Below, in pieces: positions 21,311-31,538 of a stretch of 64,000 nt of DNA; within the stretch, counting starts at the first letter, position 1; each line of letters begins with the position of its first letter. The translations under genes and the position numbers were made by a program. The stretch comes from Giardia intestinalis. Its lineage: Eukaryota. The stretch lies in assembly GCA_000002435.2 (NCBI GenBank), contig CM018789.1; one strand, 5' to 3'. The notes beneath the pieces were generated by a model that saw nothing but the letters and a program-made list of their open reading frames with translations, had not been told where the DNA came from and did no database searches.

Positions 21311-24300
21311 CTACTGGAGGTCCAGGGCCGAGAGGTTGTCGTCGAGGACGACGATGCCGGCGCGGATGTCGTCCACAAGCTTCTTGTAGTACTCGACGGC
21401 CTTCCGGAGGTTGCCCGTCTCGCTGATGGCCTTGCCGCACTCGTCCGTCTTCTGCGCAAGGTCCTCGTTGGCCTTGTCGAGCGACTCCTGCAGCGAGGCG
21501 ATCTCTGCCTCGAGCGCCATGGTGCGCTCGTCGTTTGCGGAGTGGAGGTTGGCGTCGCGGGCCTCCTCCAGCTCCCTGTTCAGGGCCTCGATCTGGGCGC
21601 TGACCTCCGCATTCTTGCCCTCCTGGTCGTCGAGAAGGCCCTGGAGCTCCGTGATGGTGTTCTCGCGGTCGTCGAGCTCCTCCTGGAGCTTCCTGAGCTC
21701 CTCCTGCAGGCTCTCGACGACGGCCGGGTCGATGTCGTTCGCCGTGTTCTTGAGCACCTCGACCTCCTCCTGGAGATCCGCGATCTGCTTCCTGCTCTCG
21801 TCCAGGGAGCACTGGAGAGCGGTGATCTTGTCGTTGTTGGCGCTGTCCAGCTTGATCATCTCGTCCTTGAGGTCGCTGCACTGCTGCTTGAGGCCGTCGA
21901 TCTCGTCCTGGAGCTCGTCGATGAGGGACCGCTTGGCCTCGAGTTCGTCCTTCAGCGCTGCGTTCTCGTCCTGGACCTCCCGGAGGGCCGCAGCATCCCC
22001 GACCTCCTCGCCGGACTCCGGATAGACGGTGGTCGCGGTGGGCTGGGCCTCCAGCTGTTCGCGCAGCTCGGCGATCTCGGCGTCCTTGTCCTTGAGCCCG
22101 TCGTTGAGGACCGCGATCTCGTCATCGAGCTCTGCGATCCTCTCCTTGAGGTCGTCGTACTCCTCGGTGTCGCGGAGCCTCTGCTTGAGCTCGTCGATGG
22201 TGGCGTCCCGCTCCGCCACAAGCTCCTTGGCTCCGCTGAGGTCCTTCTCGAGCTGCTCGACGAGCTTCTGGAGGTCGCCGTCTGCTGCCCTGGAGTCGCT
22301 GAGAGCGTGGAGCTTGTCCTGGAGGGCCTCGGCGCTCTCCCTGAGCTCGCGCACGGTGGCCTCGCTGGCCTCGAGCTTGTTTGCGAGCTCGGGGTCCGCA
22401 GTCGCAAGCTCGGCCCGGAGCCCCTCCGTCTCCATCTCCTTGGCCTCGAGCGCGGCGCGCAGCTCTGCAAGCTCCTTGCGCGCGTCCTGGAGCTGGTCCT
22501 CGAGCATCCGGACGCGCTCGGTGTCCTCGGGCACCTGGGCGGTCTCGAGCTGGACCCGGAGTCCGCCCAGCTCCTCGCGGAGGCGCGCGGCCTCGGCGTC
22601 GCTGTCGACGAGGTTCTTGTGGACGGCGTCGATCTCGGCGAGCTTGGCGCTGAGCTGCCCGCGGAGCTCTGCCACCTCGTTCTCGAGGGAGGCAACCCGA
22701 GCCTTCGCAAGCTCCGCGCCGTCGTCATCGGTGACGGCTCTGAGGCCTGTCGTCGCGCCCGCGAGCTCGGCGTCCTTGCTGGCGAGCTGGGCGAGGAGGC
22801 TGTCGACCATCTCCTTGCTCTCGCCGAGTTTGGTCTTGTAGCCCTCGACCTCGGCGAGGAGCTCGCTAAGCCGCTCGGTGTTCTCGACGCTGGCGCGGAC
22901 AATGGCAAGCTCCTTCTCGAGTTGCTCGATGGTCTCGTCCTTGCCTCTCGCCGCGTCGGTCAGCTCGTCGACGCGGCTGCGAAGGTCGGCAACCTCCTGG
23001 CGCAGGGCCGCGACCTCGCCCTGGTCCTGTGGGGCGCCGAGGTCCTTGCGCAGGCTCTCCACCAGGTCTGTCAGGTCCCGGACCTGCTTCATGAGCCGCT
23101 CCTTGTCGCCCTCCAGGGAGTCGCTCCTCAGCTTGCCGTTGCGCAGGTCCTCCTTGAGCGCATCCATCTCCGCCATGATCCGCGCGTGCTCACCCTTGTA
23201 GTGGTCGTTCTCGCCGGTGAGGGCGTTGACGAGGGCCTGCAGCTCGTCGACCTTCTGGACCAGGCCGTCGTCGAAGTCGAGGATGCTCGAGACCTTGGCC
23301 TGCTCCTCGGGGTCGACGTCGCTGATCTCCGTCTGGGCGTCGACGTACTCCGCACCGGACTGGTCGGACGGCGCCACGCTGAGCGGCTTCTCGCGGAGCT
23401 CGCAGAGGGCGTCGTTGAGCTGCCTCACCTCGTCCTCGAGGCGGCGGAGGCTGTGCTCCTTGTCGGCGACCTCCTTGCCCTTGTCTGCAGCGAGCTGCTC
23501 GAGCTCGGCGAGTCGCGCGGTCTTCTCTTCAAGTCCTCGGATTGCGTCGTCGCGCGCGGCAACGGTGCCCCGGAGGTCCGCGATCTCATCCTCGAGGATC
23601 TTGATGCGCGCGTCGTCTTGGGGCACGGTGCTGTCAAGCTGGGCCTTGAGGTCCGCGATGAGGCTCTCCTTCGCGTCCAGGGCGCCGTTGAGCCTGTTGA
23701 GCTCGTCCTTCTGCTCGCGGTTCTGGCCGTGCATGACCTCGAGCTCCTCGTTGAGGACCTGGACCTCCTCCCTGAGCGCGTCGAGTTCCTCCTTGAGCCT
23801 GTCGAGGTCCTCGGAGGATGCGCCGGGCTCCTCGGTGTAGACCGTCGAACCCACTGGTTTCTGCTCGAGCTCCCTCCGCATGTCCTCCATCTCGGCCACC
23901 GCGCAGTCGTACCTGTCCTTGAGCGAGAGGAGCTGCTCCTGCGCGTCCTCCAGCTGCTCCTGGAGCTCGACAAGTTTCTCCACGTCGCTTGCGTCTCCGC
24001 TCGCCCGGGCGTTGGCGAGCGCCTCCTTGAGGTCAGAGACCTCCTTGTTGAGGTGGGCGACCTGGCCGCGGAGTCCGCTGGCCTCGTCTGCACCGCTCTT
24101 CCTGAGGGCCTCAAGCGCGTCATTGAGGGCCTGGAGCTCGTCTTTGAGTCGGCCGTTCTCCTCCTCCAACGCGGTGAGCTGCGCCGGGTCGGCCTCGACC
24201 GGCTGGGCGGGCGCGCCGTCGACGAGCTCCTTGAGCTCTGCGATCTGGTTATCGCGCGCCTCGATCTCATCGGTCAGCGCCCTGATCTTCTCCTCGAGGG

Positions 24301-26194
24301 CGCGGATGGCCGTCTCGTCTGCGGGGGCGTCGCGCGACCTACCGCTGAGCTCCTTGACCTGCTGCTGGAGCTCCTCGATGCGTGCAAGGTACTCTGCAGC
24401 GTCTGCTCCCCGCGTGGCGTCTGCCTCCAGGGCGTCCACCCTTTCCTGGAGAGCCGCGCTGTTCTTCATCTCCTCCTGGATGCGGTCGCGGAGGAGCTCG
24501 ATCTCGTCGTCGCGCTCGTCGATGTCCTGCTTCGCGTTGGCGAGCTCGAACTGGAGGTCTGCGATCTGCTCGTTGAGCTCCTTGACCCTCTCGTCGTCGC
24601 CGCCCTGCGCGTCGGCGAGGAGCCTCTCCAGCCCTGCGATCTGCGCCTCGAGCTGGGCCACGCGTTTATCGCCCTCGGCAGACGACCTCTGGGCGCTCTC
24701 TGCGCGCATGACGAGGTCCTGGAGGCGGGCGATCTCCGAGTTCTTGGCGGCGATGATGGCGTCGAAGTCCGCCGCCTCGCCTCCCCTGGCCAGGGTCTCC
24801 TCGAGGCGGCTCTGGAGGGCCTCGAGCTCCCCGTCCTTGGCGAGGAGGGCCTGGCGGAGGCTCTCGACCTCCTCCTCGAGAATCTGCGTGGCGTACGCCT
24901 CGTCCTGGCTGGCGGCTGCCTGTTCCAGCTCGGCAATGCGTGCGTCGCGCTCATCGAGCATGGACCGGAGGCCTGCGAGTTCGTCCTCGAAGGCCCTGGT
25001 CTTCTCGACGATGGGCCGGAGCCCCGAGAGGTCGGACTCGCGCGCCTCCAGCTCCTCCCGGAGGGCGCTGATCTTGTTTTCGTAGTCTGCGAGGAGGGCC
25101 GCGTCTCCCGTGGGCGACGGGACGGCGGTCAGGCGCTCGTTGAGGGCGCGGATGTCCCTCTCCTTCTCCGCGAGCTCGGACTGGAGCGCCCTGATCTTGT
25201 CCTTGAGGCCGTCGACGTCCTCACCAGACCCGCCGGCGCTGAGCATTCCCTCCATGTCGGAGAGACGCTCCTTGAGGTCGCTGATGATGGCGTCCTTGTC
25301 GGCCGTCTCGGACTGGAGCCTGCTGATTTCGATGCGCAGCGTGGTGATGTTCTCCTCCATGTTCTTGACCTGGCCGTGCAGGGAGACGTTTTGGCCGATG
25401 ACGATCGACGACTCGTCGTGCAGCGAGGCCAGCTTCAGCTCGAGTTGCATGATCTTGGACTCGAGCTCGTGCTCGAGCTGCGTCTTGGTCTGCGTGAGGG
25501 AGTCAGCCTGTCCGCCGGGGAAGCGGTGCGCGTCGATCAGAGAGAATGACAGGGAGAGGTCGAGGGCGGGGTTTCCGACCTGGGACGAGGAGAAGTTCAT
25601 GAGCGAGGGGCGGGTGAACTCCGGAATCAGGTTCGCCTCATAGGACGCGAGGCACTGGACGATGTCGGTGTGCCCGTTCTCGGCCGCGAGCACGAACGCC
25701 GTCTTGTGGTCGTACGAGACGATCTCCTTCTCGCGGACCACGAGGAGCTTCACCACGTCCGTGTGGCCGGCCGCCGCCGCGTACATCAGGGCGGTGCGCC
25801 CGCGCGCGTCTGTCTTGGCCTTGAGGTAGGGGAGCAGGTTGCTGACCGCCGCGGTCGACCCGTGCTCGGCGGCGAGCATGAGGGGCGTCATCTGGAAGTC
25901 GCCGTAGGTGGTGTTGACCTCATAGGCGACGAGGCGCTTGCAGACGTCGCCCTTGTTGGCCTCGGCGGCGATCATGATGGCGGTCTTCCCCTCGCCGTTG
26001 ACCATGCCGTTCTCGAAGAAGCCGAGGATCTTGACAAGCTCCACGTTCCCTTCGCGCGCGGCGATCATCAGGCCCGTCTCGCCGTCACCGTTGACGGACT
26101 TGGCGTACTCTGCTGCGTGGTTGCGGATCAGCTCGACCTGGCCGGCCTGGATGGCCTCAAACCATTCCTCCACAGAAGACACCACTGCAGGCAT
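21311..26194 (-). CDS. ankyrin-repeat + long coiled-coil protein (1627 aa); paralog 3 of the tandem array, strongly GC-rich codon usage
   Basis: ATG verified at 26192-26194 (minus). The head (MPAVVSSVEEWFEAIQAGQVELI…GETGLMIAA…GKTAIMIAA…MTPLMLAA…GRTALMYAA…KTAFVLAA) is homologous to paralogs 1 and 2, followed by a ~1400-aa heptad tail. The sequence is visibly far more G+C-rich than its neighbours. Confidence 0.85.
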   Translation of the reverse strand: MPAVVSSVEEWFEAIQAGQVELIRNHAAEYAKSVNGDGETGLMIAAREGNVELVKILGFFENGMVNGEGKTAIMIAAEANKGDVCKRLVAYEVNTTYGDFQMTPLMLAAEHGSTAAVSNLLPYLKAKTDARGRTALMYAAAAGHTDVVKLLVVREKEIVSYDHKTAFVLAAENGHTDIVQCLASYEANLIPEFTRPSLMNFSSSQVGNPALDLSLSFSLIDAHRFPGGQADSLTQTKTQLEHELESKIMQLELKLASLHDESSIVIGQNVSLHGQVKNMEENITTLRIEISRLQSETADKDAIISDLKERLSDMEGMLSAGGSGEDVDGLKDKIRALQSELAEKERDIRALNERLTAVPSPTGDAALLADYENKISALREELEARESDLSGLRPIVEKTRAFEDELAGLRSMLDERDARIAELEQAAASQDEAYATQILEEEVESLRQALLAKDGELEALQSRLEETLARGGEAADFDAIIAAKNSEIARLQDLVMRAESAQRSSAEGDKRVAQLEAQIAGLERLLADAQGGDDERVKELNEQIADLQFELANAKQDIDERDDEIELLRDRIQEEMKNSAALQERVDALEADATRGADAAEYLARIEELQQQVKELSGRSRDAPADETAIRALEEKIRALTDEIEARDNQIAELKELVDGAPAQPVEADPAQLTALEEENGRLKDELQALNDALEALRKSGADEASGLRGQVAHLNKEVSDLKEALANARASGDASDVEKLVELQEQLEDAQEQLLSLKDRYDCAVAEMEDMRRELEQKPVGSTVYTEEPGASSEDLDRLKEELDALREEVQVLNEELEVMHGQNREQKDELNRLNGALDAKESLIADLKAQLDSTVPQDDARIKILEDEIADLRGTVAARDDAIRGLEEKTARLAELEQLAADKGKEVADKEHSLRRLEDEVRQLNDALCELREKPLSVAPSDQSGAEYVDAQTEISDVDPEEQAKVSSILDFDDGLVQKVDELQALVNALTGENDHYKGEHARIMAEMDALKEDLRNGKLRSDSLEGDKERLMKQVRDLTDLVESLRKDLGAPQDQGEVAALRQEVADLRSRVDELTDAARGKDETIEQLEKELAIVRASVENTERLSELLAEVEGYKTKLGESKEMVDSLLAQLASKDAELAGATTGLRAVTDDDGAELAKARVASLENEVAELRGQLSAKLAEIDAVHKNLVDSDAEAARLREELGGLRVQLETAQVPEDTERVRMLEDQLQDARKELAELRAALEAKEMETEGLRAELATADPELANKLEASEATVRELRESAEALQDKLHALSDSRAADGDLQKLVEQLEKDLSGAKELVAERDATIDELKQRLRDTEEYDDLKERIAELDDEIAVLNDGLKDKDAEIAELREQLEAQPTATTVYPESGEEVGDAAALREVQDENAALKDELEAKRSLIDELQDEIDGLKQQCSDLKDEMIKLDSANNDKITALQCSLDESRKQIADLQEEVEVLKNTANDIDPAVVESLQEELRKLQEELDDRENTITELQGLLDDQEGKNAEVSAQIEALNRELEEARDANLHSANDERTMALEAEIASLQESLDKANEDLAQKTDECGKAISETGNLRKAVEYYKKLVDDIRAGIVVLDDNLSALDLQ

Positions 26195-26298
26195 GTTTTA
26201 TTATCCAGATAGTGTAAAGGTCCATTCGATTTTAAATTCACTTCCCGCCTCTCAGATGCGGCCGGCGTGCGCTGTGTATGCAGCCGGACCCGCTTGCA

Positions 26299-29200
26299 TC
26301 ACCAGGGGGCCGCGAACCTTGCGACTTCTCCAATGGTGCTCGCGAGGATGTCTGCGGTGAGCCCGTCGAATTTCGCTGAAAGAAGGCCGGCTACCACGAG
26401 CTGCTTTTCATCCTCGTCGAGGTGTCTGTATCGCTCCAGGGTGTCCAGATCTATGAGGGCGTCTGGATCCCGGCGAGCTCGGCCCTTCTGCTGCATGGCG
26501 CTTTCTGCTAGGCAAAGCATTGCCGAGCACTGCTCGGTGACCTTTATGATGACTCCTATTTGGCCACCTATCGTCGCGTATAGTATGGGAGGATACGGCT
26601 CAATGAGCTGCCGACCAGACGCGTGGCTTCTGCTCGTCGCGACGGCGCTGCTCTCCCTTCGATGGCCTGGCGCGGGGCCGAAGCAGACAACCTGTTCCCC
26701 GACGTAATGGGATGCGACAGTCTTCAGCCCCTGCGAGCTGTGCAGTTTGATGATGTGTATGTACCCTGCGCGATCCCCAACCAGTATCGGTCCGTCGACG
26801 CCTATCTGATAGATGCACGCCGGGATCATCCGCTGCAAGAGCTGTGACTGGATTACCAGGCGGGGCTGCTCCAGAGTAGTGTGCGCAGTCCTTAGCCCGT
26901 CGCTCATGAGCGTCACGCCCTTGAGCATATCCAGTATAGTCACTTGGGAGTACGCCGTGCCTAGCTTCAGAAGCAGCGCAGGCCCGGTGCAGCCGTACAC
27001 CTCCAGCAGCTGGTACTCCGTGCTCATAAACGGCTTCCCTATGGATTGGCCAAAGTGAAGCCCGTGCGTGTCCCTCGTAACGTCCTCTTGGGCCAGGTCT
27101 TTGTCTGTTACCAAGGCAAGGATGATTACGGCGGTTCGCAGCGAGACAGCTACGCGGTGGTTTGTGTAGGGTGCGATGTCGCACACGGTGTTGTTGCTGA
27201 ACAGAAAGTTCGCAACAAGCTCTACCGCATACTCCTCCTTCGGAGAGTACGAGATCTTCATGCTGTAGACTGCTACGAATCCGTCCTCGGCGTCGGCCTG
27301 CTCGGCAGACGGAAGGTTATAACTCACAACAATAAACGGAAGCCTGTCGCTGCGCAGCGGCATGTACTGTAATCCGCTGATGACGGCGTTGTCGGGAAGC
27401 TGCACCGTGAAGACCGGGCGCAAGTTGTACGTGAAAAATCCCAATGCAGCGTACGAGTTCTGGTGCATCAGGGCTTCTGGAATAGTGCTCGTGGGGGCGG
27501 GGTATCCGGGATTCCCTGTGGCTAGTACGTCGAAGGTCCTGGTTACGTTGCTGTAGGAGTAATGCTCTACCGGGCCCTCTTGGAGAGCAGAGATGTCCGG
27601 CTCGTCTGCTCCTTCTCCGACCTCTCCTGTCATCAGATTGACAACTGATGCGGTCTTGTTGATTCCCCCGCAAGTAGTCGACTGGTTGGTTCCTCCGCCC
27701 GAAGATAGAGGGCGTAGAGAGTGGAACCCTACGCACAGCATTCCGTGGTAGACAATATGGGCGAGCCTTCTTGGGAGTCCTGGCAACGGAGCACTTGAGC
27801 AAATGATGGTCGACGGGGATCTATGCGCTAGTGAGAGCATCTGTTTGTCGGGGTTATAAACGATGTAAGTATCCATACACGTGCACTGTAAGTTACACTT
27901 CTGCTCGTTTTGTTGATTCTCTAGCTGTGCCCGATCAAAGGGCTTAATGTGAGATTGAACTGCTTTCATTTGCATAAGGGGAAAGATAATAGAAAACCTA
28001 TCAATGCAGCTAAATATCTCGACGAGAATGTCCACTTTCTCACTCACAAATGAAAGGGGACTTCTTGTACAACCAGACACGCGCTTCTCGGTTTCAGTTC
28101 TGTCTGAAGGATAAGGTTTCGGTCCGAGAGATCTCTCCGGCTGTCGATTCAAAGAAATATGCATCACAGCATTTCTCGACTTAGAAGAAAGATACAGCTC
28201 TGCATCGTCCGAATGGAGGCTGTTAGCTGAAGATCCTATTGACTTAATAACTGATAAATATACAACCTCTCCACAAGAAAATCTGTACGTGTACATTTTG
28301 TCACAAACAAAATAGACTTGCTTACCTGTGCAACCTTTTCCTATTACATATACATGCACTGTACCTTCAAGGGAAAGCATAACCAAGCAGTTTGGGCCTA
28401 TAAATCTAAGCTCGGATGGAGTTGATAGTTTAAGAGCAGCACTATGAGAGTAAGGACAAGCCGCAAATCGAACGTCTGTGCACTCAGATTCACCCATGGG
28501 ACCTTGGAGATCCCCTGACTTGAGCTGCACTAAAAGGGAAATATCATCTACCGATTGAACAGATGATCCTGCAAGTATACTAGAAAGAGTGCTATCCTCT
28601 AGGATACATCTGGCATTTTCGTCTGTGCTGGAGCGACTGGTATGGGGCCCAGGCGAAGAATGAGCGTTGCGCGGGGGAACATAAAGAATGTCTCCGGATG
28701 GATAGTCTAGTATGTGCCGCAAATCCATGTCCAACAAAAAAACGTAAGGGACACCCAAACAGCACACGGAAACACAGCCTTCATCAGATACAGCAATGGA
28801 GTATATAGTAAATGTGACCTGACCACTGTGATGAAGAAAGGCATCAGAGATAGAAAACTTTTTGTATCTAATGGCCTCCAACATGTGATCTTTCAAGGTA
28901 AATCGAGATGTAATAATTGCTCCGTTAGAGAGAGCGATTGCAATATTACGTCCATTAAGCGACACCGCCAAAGCAGTAATAGTAACTGTATCAAAATACG
29001 TTTGAGGCAGCTGGTTAAATGTGGAGGCCTCCTCTTTGGTAAAACACGATGGTGATCCAGAAAGAAAGTCCTTAATAGTAGTGGAATAGACCACAGTGAG
29101 CAGCTTATCGGAATCTATATCTAGCTCGAGAACAAAAAGGCTAGATACAGATCTCATAAGAACAAAAGTAGACGAGGTCACTTTTTGAAGGTCGGGTGGA

Positions 29201-31179
29201 TTACTACAGGCACAAATTGGATATGATTCAAAATCGTATAAACTGAGTGGCAGAGGTGCTCGATTAAACAGTTTGAGCCTGAGCTTATTATCATACAAAT
29301 ACTGGAGAATAACAGAGCCAAACTTTCCACACTCTTGATTATGTATCCGTAAAAGAAGCGTATTTGAAGAGAACTTTGTAATAGATAAAACTCCAGGCAA
29401 GTAAATTGGAGAGCTAAGTTTATGAGAAAACTGTCTCTGATAAACGTTGATCGATCCGGAATTATCAGACCCACTGATAGTGCAAATTGCCGACTCGGCA
29501 GAAAGAGCTATATTGGCAAGTGTATTGTACGCTTGAACTTTCGATTGTACGACTCTAGAATACTTTGTTTGCCGAAAGGCCCACTGCATTAGATCATCCA
29601 GGCTATTGAGAGAAGTATTATCTGCCGAAGTATTAATTTGAAAGGTGCGTTGTCTAGAACAAGATGAGAGAGAAGCATATGGACGCTTTCTTCGTATACT
29701 ATTGTCAAGGGATCCAAGTGTAGATCCCATTAGACGAACAAAGTAATCAATGTCCGTACTCGGGGACCAATCAGAAGAAAAAAGCGGTGTTTCAAGGCGG
29801 AGGTAGGTGTATTCAAAAGGTTCGGTAGCACGAACAGACACGTAGCAAATATCAACTATTGGTCCCTTATGGGTTATCTGCGCCAGAATCAAAGGTGTGC
29901 CGCATTTAAGCTGTGAATTACTTGCCAAAATATTCGATGAAAGATGCTGAAATGTCCGTGATTCAATGGGCTCTGCTTGGTGGCCTGTACTTCCTGATTC
30001 TTCTGGAACAGTCTCATCCCCCAGCTCGCAATGATTCTCTCGACCAATAGTTCTGTTAACCGTAGCCAAACTATCGGAAACACCAAGTGTGTCTTTAAGT
30101 GAAAAAGAAAAATGTTTGCACTTATTCCAATCAACGTAAAGTAGTAGTGACGGACCACTATAACTGCAAAGGAAAAGTACGTCGGATCTGATGAGTACGC
30201 TGTACACTGACGAGGAAACAAGGCCCCAATAACGTATAACAAGAGGCGGTGTCTGTGCTGTCTGTCGTTTGGAGTCATCAACAAGTAGTATCTCCAGTAA
30301 AAGGCCTGATCTGTCATGCAGAAATAAAGACCGAGGAGGCTCATCCACTAACATGCAAGGATTAGAGAGGCTTGTTGGAGATGCACAAGGATGCAAAATG
30401 GGAGTTACATCTGTGGCTTTTGTGGATAAAACAAAGAGAGAGCTTGGACCAACAACTATGAAGTCTTCGCGACCAAAGGGCCGTACAAAGCAATACTGTG
30501 ACTGAATTGAAATCTTTCTCGTGATCTCTTTTAGCACAGAAGCTTGGGAGGAACTAGGATCGGAAAGAGCAAATATTTGGACGTACATGTCATGAGCTGA
30601 ATCTGCCCACAAAATGGCAAAGAAAAAGGTTGTCGCAGAAAGGCCAAGATCCGCAAGCTTTGCAGTATCCGCAGAAACTGCAATGGACACGTCGACCAAC
30701 TCATGGATAGCCGGTAGACCACGTAGAACTGTAAAGGGGGCCGAATCTTTGGCTGAGTATAGAGAAATAATTCCTGTCGAACTCCAACAGACTACAAACT
30801 TTTGATCTGGAGACTCCAACAACTGTATTCGACCTGGAAAATCGATTTTACGTCGACTCCTAATAAAGACTTCCTTTAGAACAGCATCATGATCCAAAAT
30901 AAGAAGCTCTGTTTCAGAAGAGACAACAATCAAATCACGATGAGTCTGGAGATCCAAAAGGCGAGAGATCTTTCTCATATATGGAGGTAATTGATAAGAC
31001 GTAATAAGTTTCAGCTTTGTACTCCGATTTTCTCCTTCTATTAAATAAACCTCCAGTAAACCAGATCGAAGAAGTACTAAATTCTTGGGCACGCTGCCAT
31101 CTGTAAGGCGGCAACATATAGCTTGGAGTATTGCAGAAGGCTGAACAAGGACATTGTGAGCATATTGGCTGCCACTCAT
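26299..31179 (-). CDS. CPSF160 / SF3b130 / DDB1-family β-propeller scaffold protein (1626 aa)
   Basis: ATG verified at 31177-31179 (minus). The N-terminus follows the family pattern (…NLVLLRSGLLEVYLIEG…DLIVVSSETELLILDHD). The C-terminus (…DPDALIDLDTLERYRHLDEDEKQLVVAGLLSAKFDGLTADILASTIGEVARFAAPW) matches the conserved CPSF_A C-terminal helical tail (…DGxLLxxYxxLxxxExxxLAxxIGxTxxxIL…RF). The three paralog families cannot be discriminated by eye. Confidence 0.55.
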   Translation of the reverse strand: MSGSQYAHNVLVQPSAILQAICCRLTDGSVPKNLVLLRSGLLEVYLIEGENRSTKLKLITSYQLPPYMRKISRLLDLQTHRDLIVVSSETELLILDHDAVLKEVFIRSRRKIDFPGRIQLLESPDQKFVVCWSSTGIISLYSAKDSAPFTVLRGLPAIHELVDVSIAVSADTAKLADLGLSATTFFFAILWADSAHDMYVQIFALSDPSSSQASVLKEITRKISIQSQYCFVRPFGREDFIVVGPSSLFVLSTKATDVTPILHPCASPTSLSNPCMLVDEPPRSLFLHDRSGLLLEILLVDDSKRQTAQTPPLVIRYWGLVSSSVYSVLIRSDVLFLCSYSGPSLLLYVDWNKCKHFSFSLKDTLGVSDSLATVNRTIGRENHCELGDETVPEESGSTGHQAEPIESRTFQHLSSNILASNSQLKCGTPLILAQITHKGPIVDICYVSVRATEPFEYTYLRLETPLFSSDWSPSTDIDYFVRLMGSTLGSLDNSIRRKRPYASLSSCSRQRTFQINTSADNTSLNSLDDLMQWAFRQTKYSRVVQSKVQAYNTLANIALSAESAICTISGSDNSGSINVYQRQFSHKLSSPIYLPGVLSITKFSSNTLLLRIHNQECGKFGSVILQYLYDNKLRLKLFNRAPLPLSLYDFESYPICACSNPPDLQKVTSSTFVLMRSVSSLFVLELDIDSDKLLTVVYSTTIKDFLSGSPSCFTKEEASTFNQLPQTYFDTVTITALAVSLNGRNIAIALSNGAIITSRFTLKDHMLEAIRYKKFSISDAFLHHSGQVTFTIYSIAVSDEGCVSVCCLGVPYVFLLDMDLRHILDYPSGDILYVPPRNAHSSPGPHTSRSSTDENARCILEDSTLSSILAGSSVQSVDDISLLVQLKSGDLQGPMGESECTDVRFAACPYSHSAALKLSTPSELRFIGPNCLVMLSLEGTVHVYVIGKGCTGKQVYFVCDKMYTYRFSCGEVVYLSVIKSIGSSANSLHSDDAELYLSSKSRNAVMHISLNRQPERSLGPKPYPSDRTETEKRVSGCTRSPLSFVSEKVDILVEIFSCIDRFSIIFPLMQMKAVQSHIKPFDRAQLENQQNEQKCNLQCTCMDTYIVYNPDKQMLSLAHRSPSTIICSSAPLPGLPRRLAHIVYHGMLCVGFHSLRPLSSGGGTNQSTTCGGINKTASVVNLMTGEVGEGADEPDISALQEGPVEHYSYSNVTRTFDVLATGNPGYPAPTSTIPEALMHQNSYAALGFFTYNLRPVFTVQLPDNAVISGLQYMPLRSDRLPFIVVSYNLPSAEQADAEDGFVAVYSMKISYSPKEEYAVELVANFLFSNNTVCDIAPYTNHRVAVSLRTAVIILALVTDKDLAQEDVTRDTHGLHFGQSIGKPFMSTEYQLLEVYGCTGPALLLKLGTAYSQVTILDMLKGVTLMSDGLRTAHTTLEQPRLVIQSQLLQRMIPACIYQIGVDGPILVGDRAGYIHIIKLHSSQGLKTVASHYVGEQVVCFGPAPGHRRESSAVATSRSHASGRQLIEPYPPILYATIGGQIGVIIKVTEQCSAMLCLAESAMQQKGRARRDPDALIDLDTLERYRHLDEDEKQLVVAGLLSAKFDGLTADILASTIGEVARFAAPW

Positions 31180-31504
31180 AAAACTTTTTAATGGGTTTAC
31201 TTTGTTTCGGTAAGGTAGCTTTATCTGCTACTGGTTAAATGAATTGTCTTAGACACACTTGCCATTCTGAATACTACATCCTTCCTTTGCCTTCACTTCT
31301 AATATAATGACTATGACAAAAAAGCAACGATTGTCCATAAATACTCTTTGCGGCATGATGTTGCTCGATATGAAGTCCCCCTTTGTATATGCCTTCTCTG
31401 GTATCCCTGCCTAAGTTGTCGACTTACCCGCAACTACAGAATATGTCAATAACCTGTACTATCAAGCACAACGACAGGCGCGTAGCATCACAGGATGCAC
31501 GCTG

Positions 31505-31538
31505 TACGATGTATTAGAGCTTGGCTGTCCATCTATCA
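31505..31538 (+). promoter_or_regulatory. AT-rich initiator-type 5' leader of the VSP gene
   Basis: …tatcaatgttactaaaaataaccttgacacttg immediately 5' of the VSP ATG. Giardia promoters are short AT-rich initiator elements within ~50 bp of the start codon (established knowledge). Confidence 0.35.

Noticed and set aside
21542-25549. 1335-codon ORF on the plus strand antisense to the GC-rich coiled-coil gene (and its siblings 21411-22025, 22029-22841, 23880-25085 etc.)
   Set aside because: The translation is Leu/Val/Glu/Gly low-complexity (LELVLE…) mirroring the sense heptads. The sense strand has the ankyrin domain and a proper ATG and stop. Long antisense ORFs are an expected artefact of GC-rich, stop-poor codon usage.
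26600-27802. 194-aa and 161-aa minus-strand ORFs and several plus-strand ORFs overlapping the CPSF160-family gene
   Set aside because: They are nested out-of-frame within a 1626-aa conserved CDS, with no supporting features.
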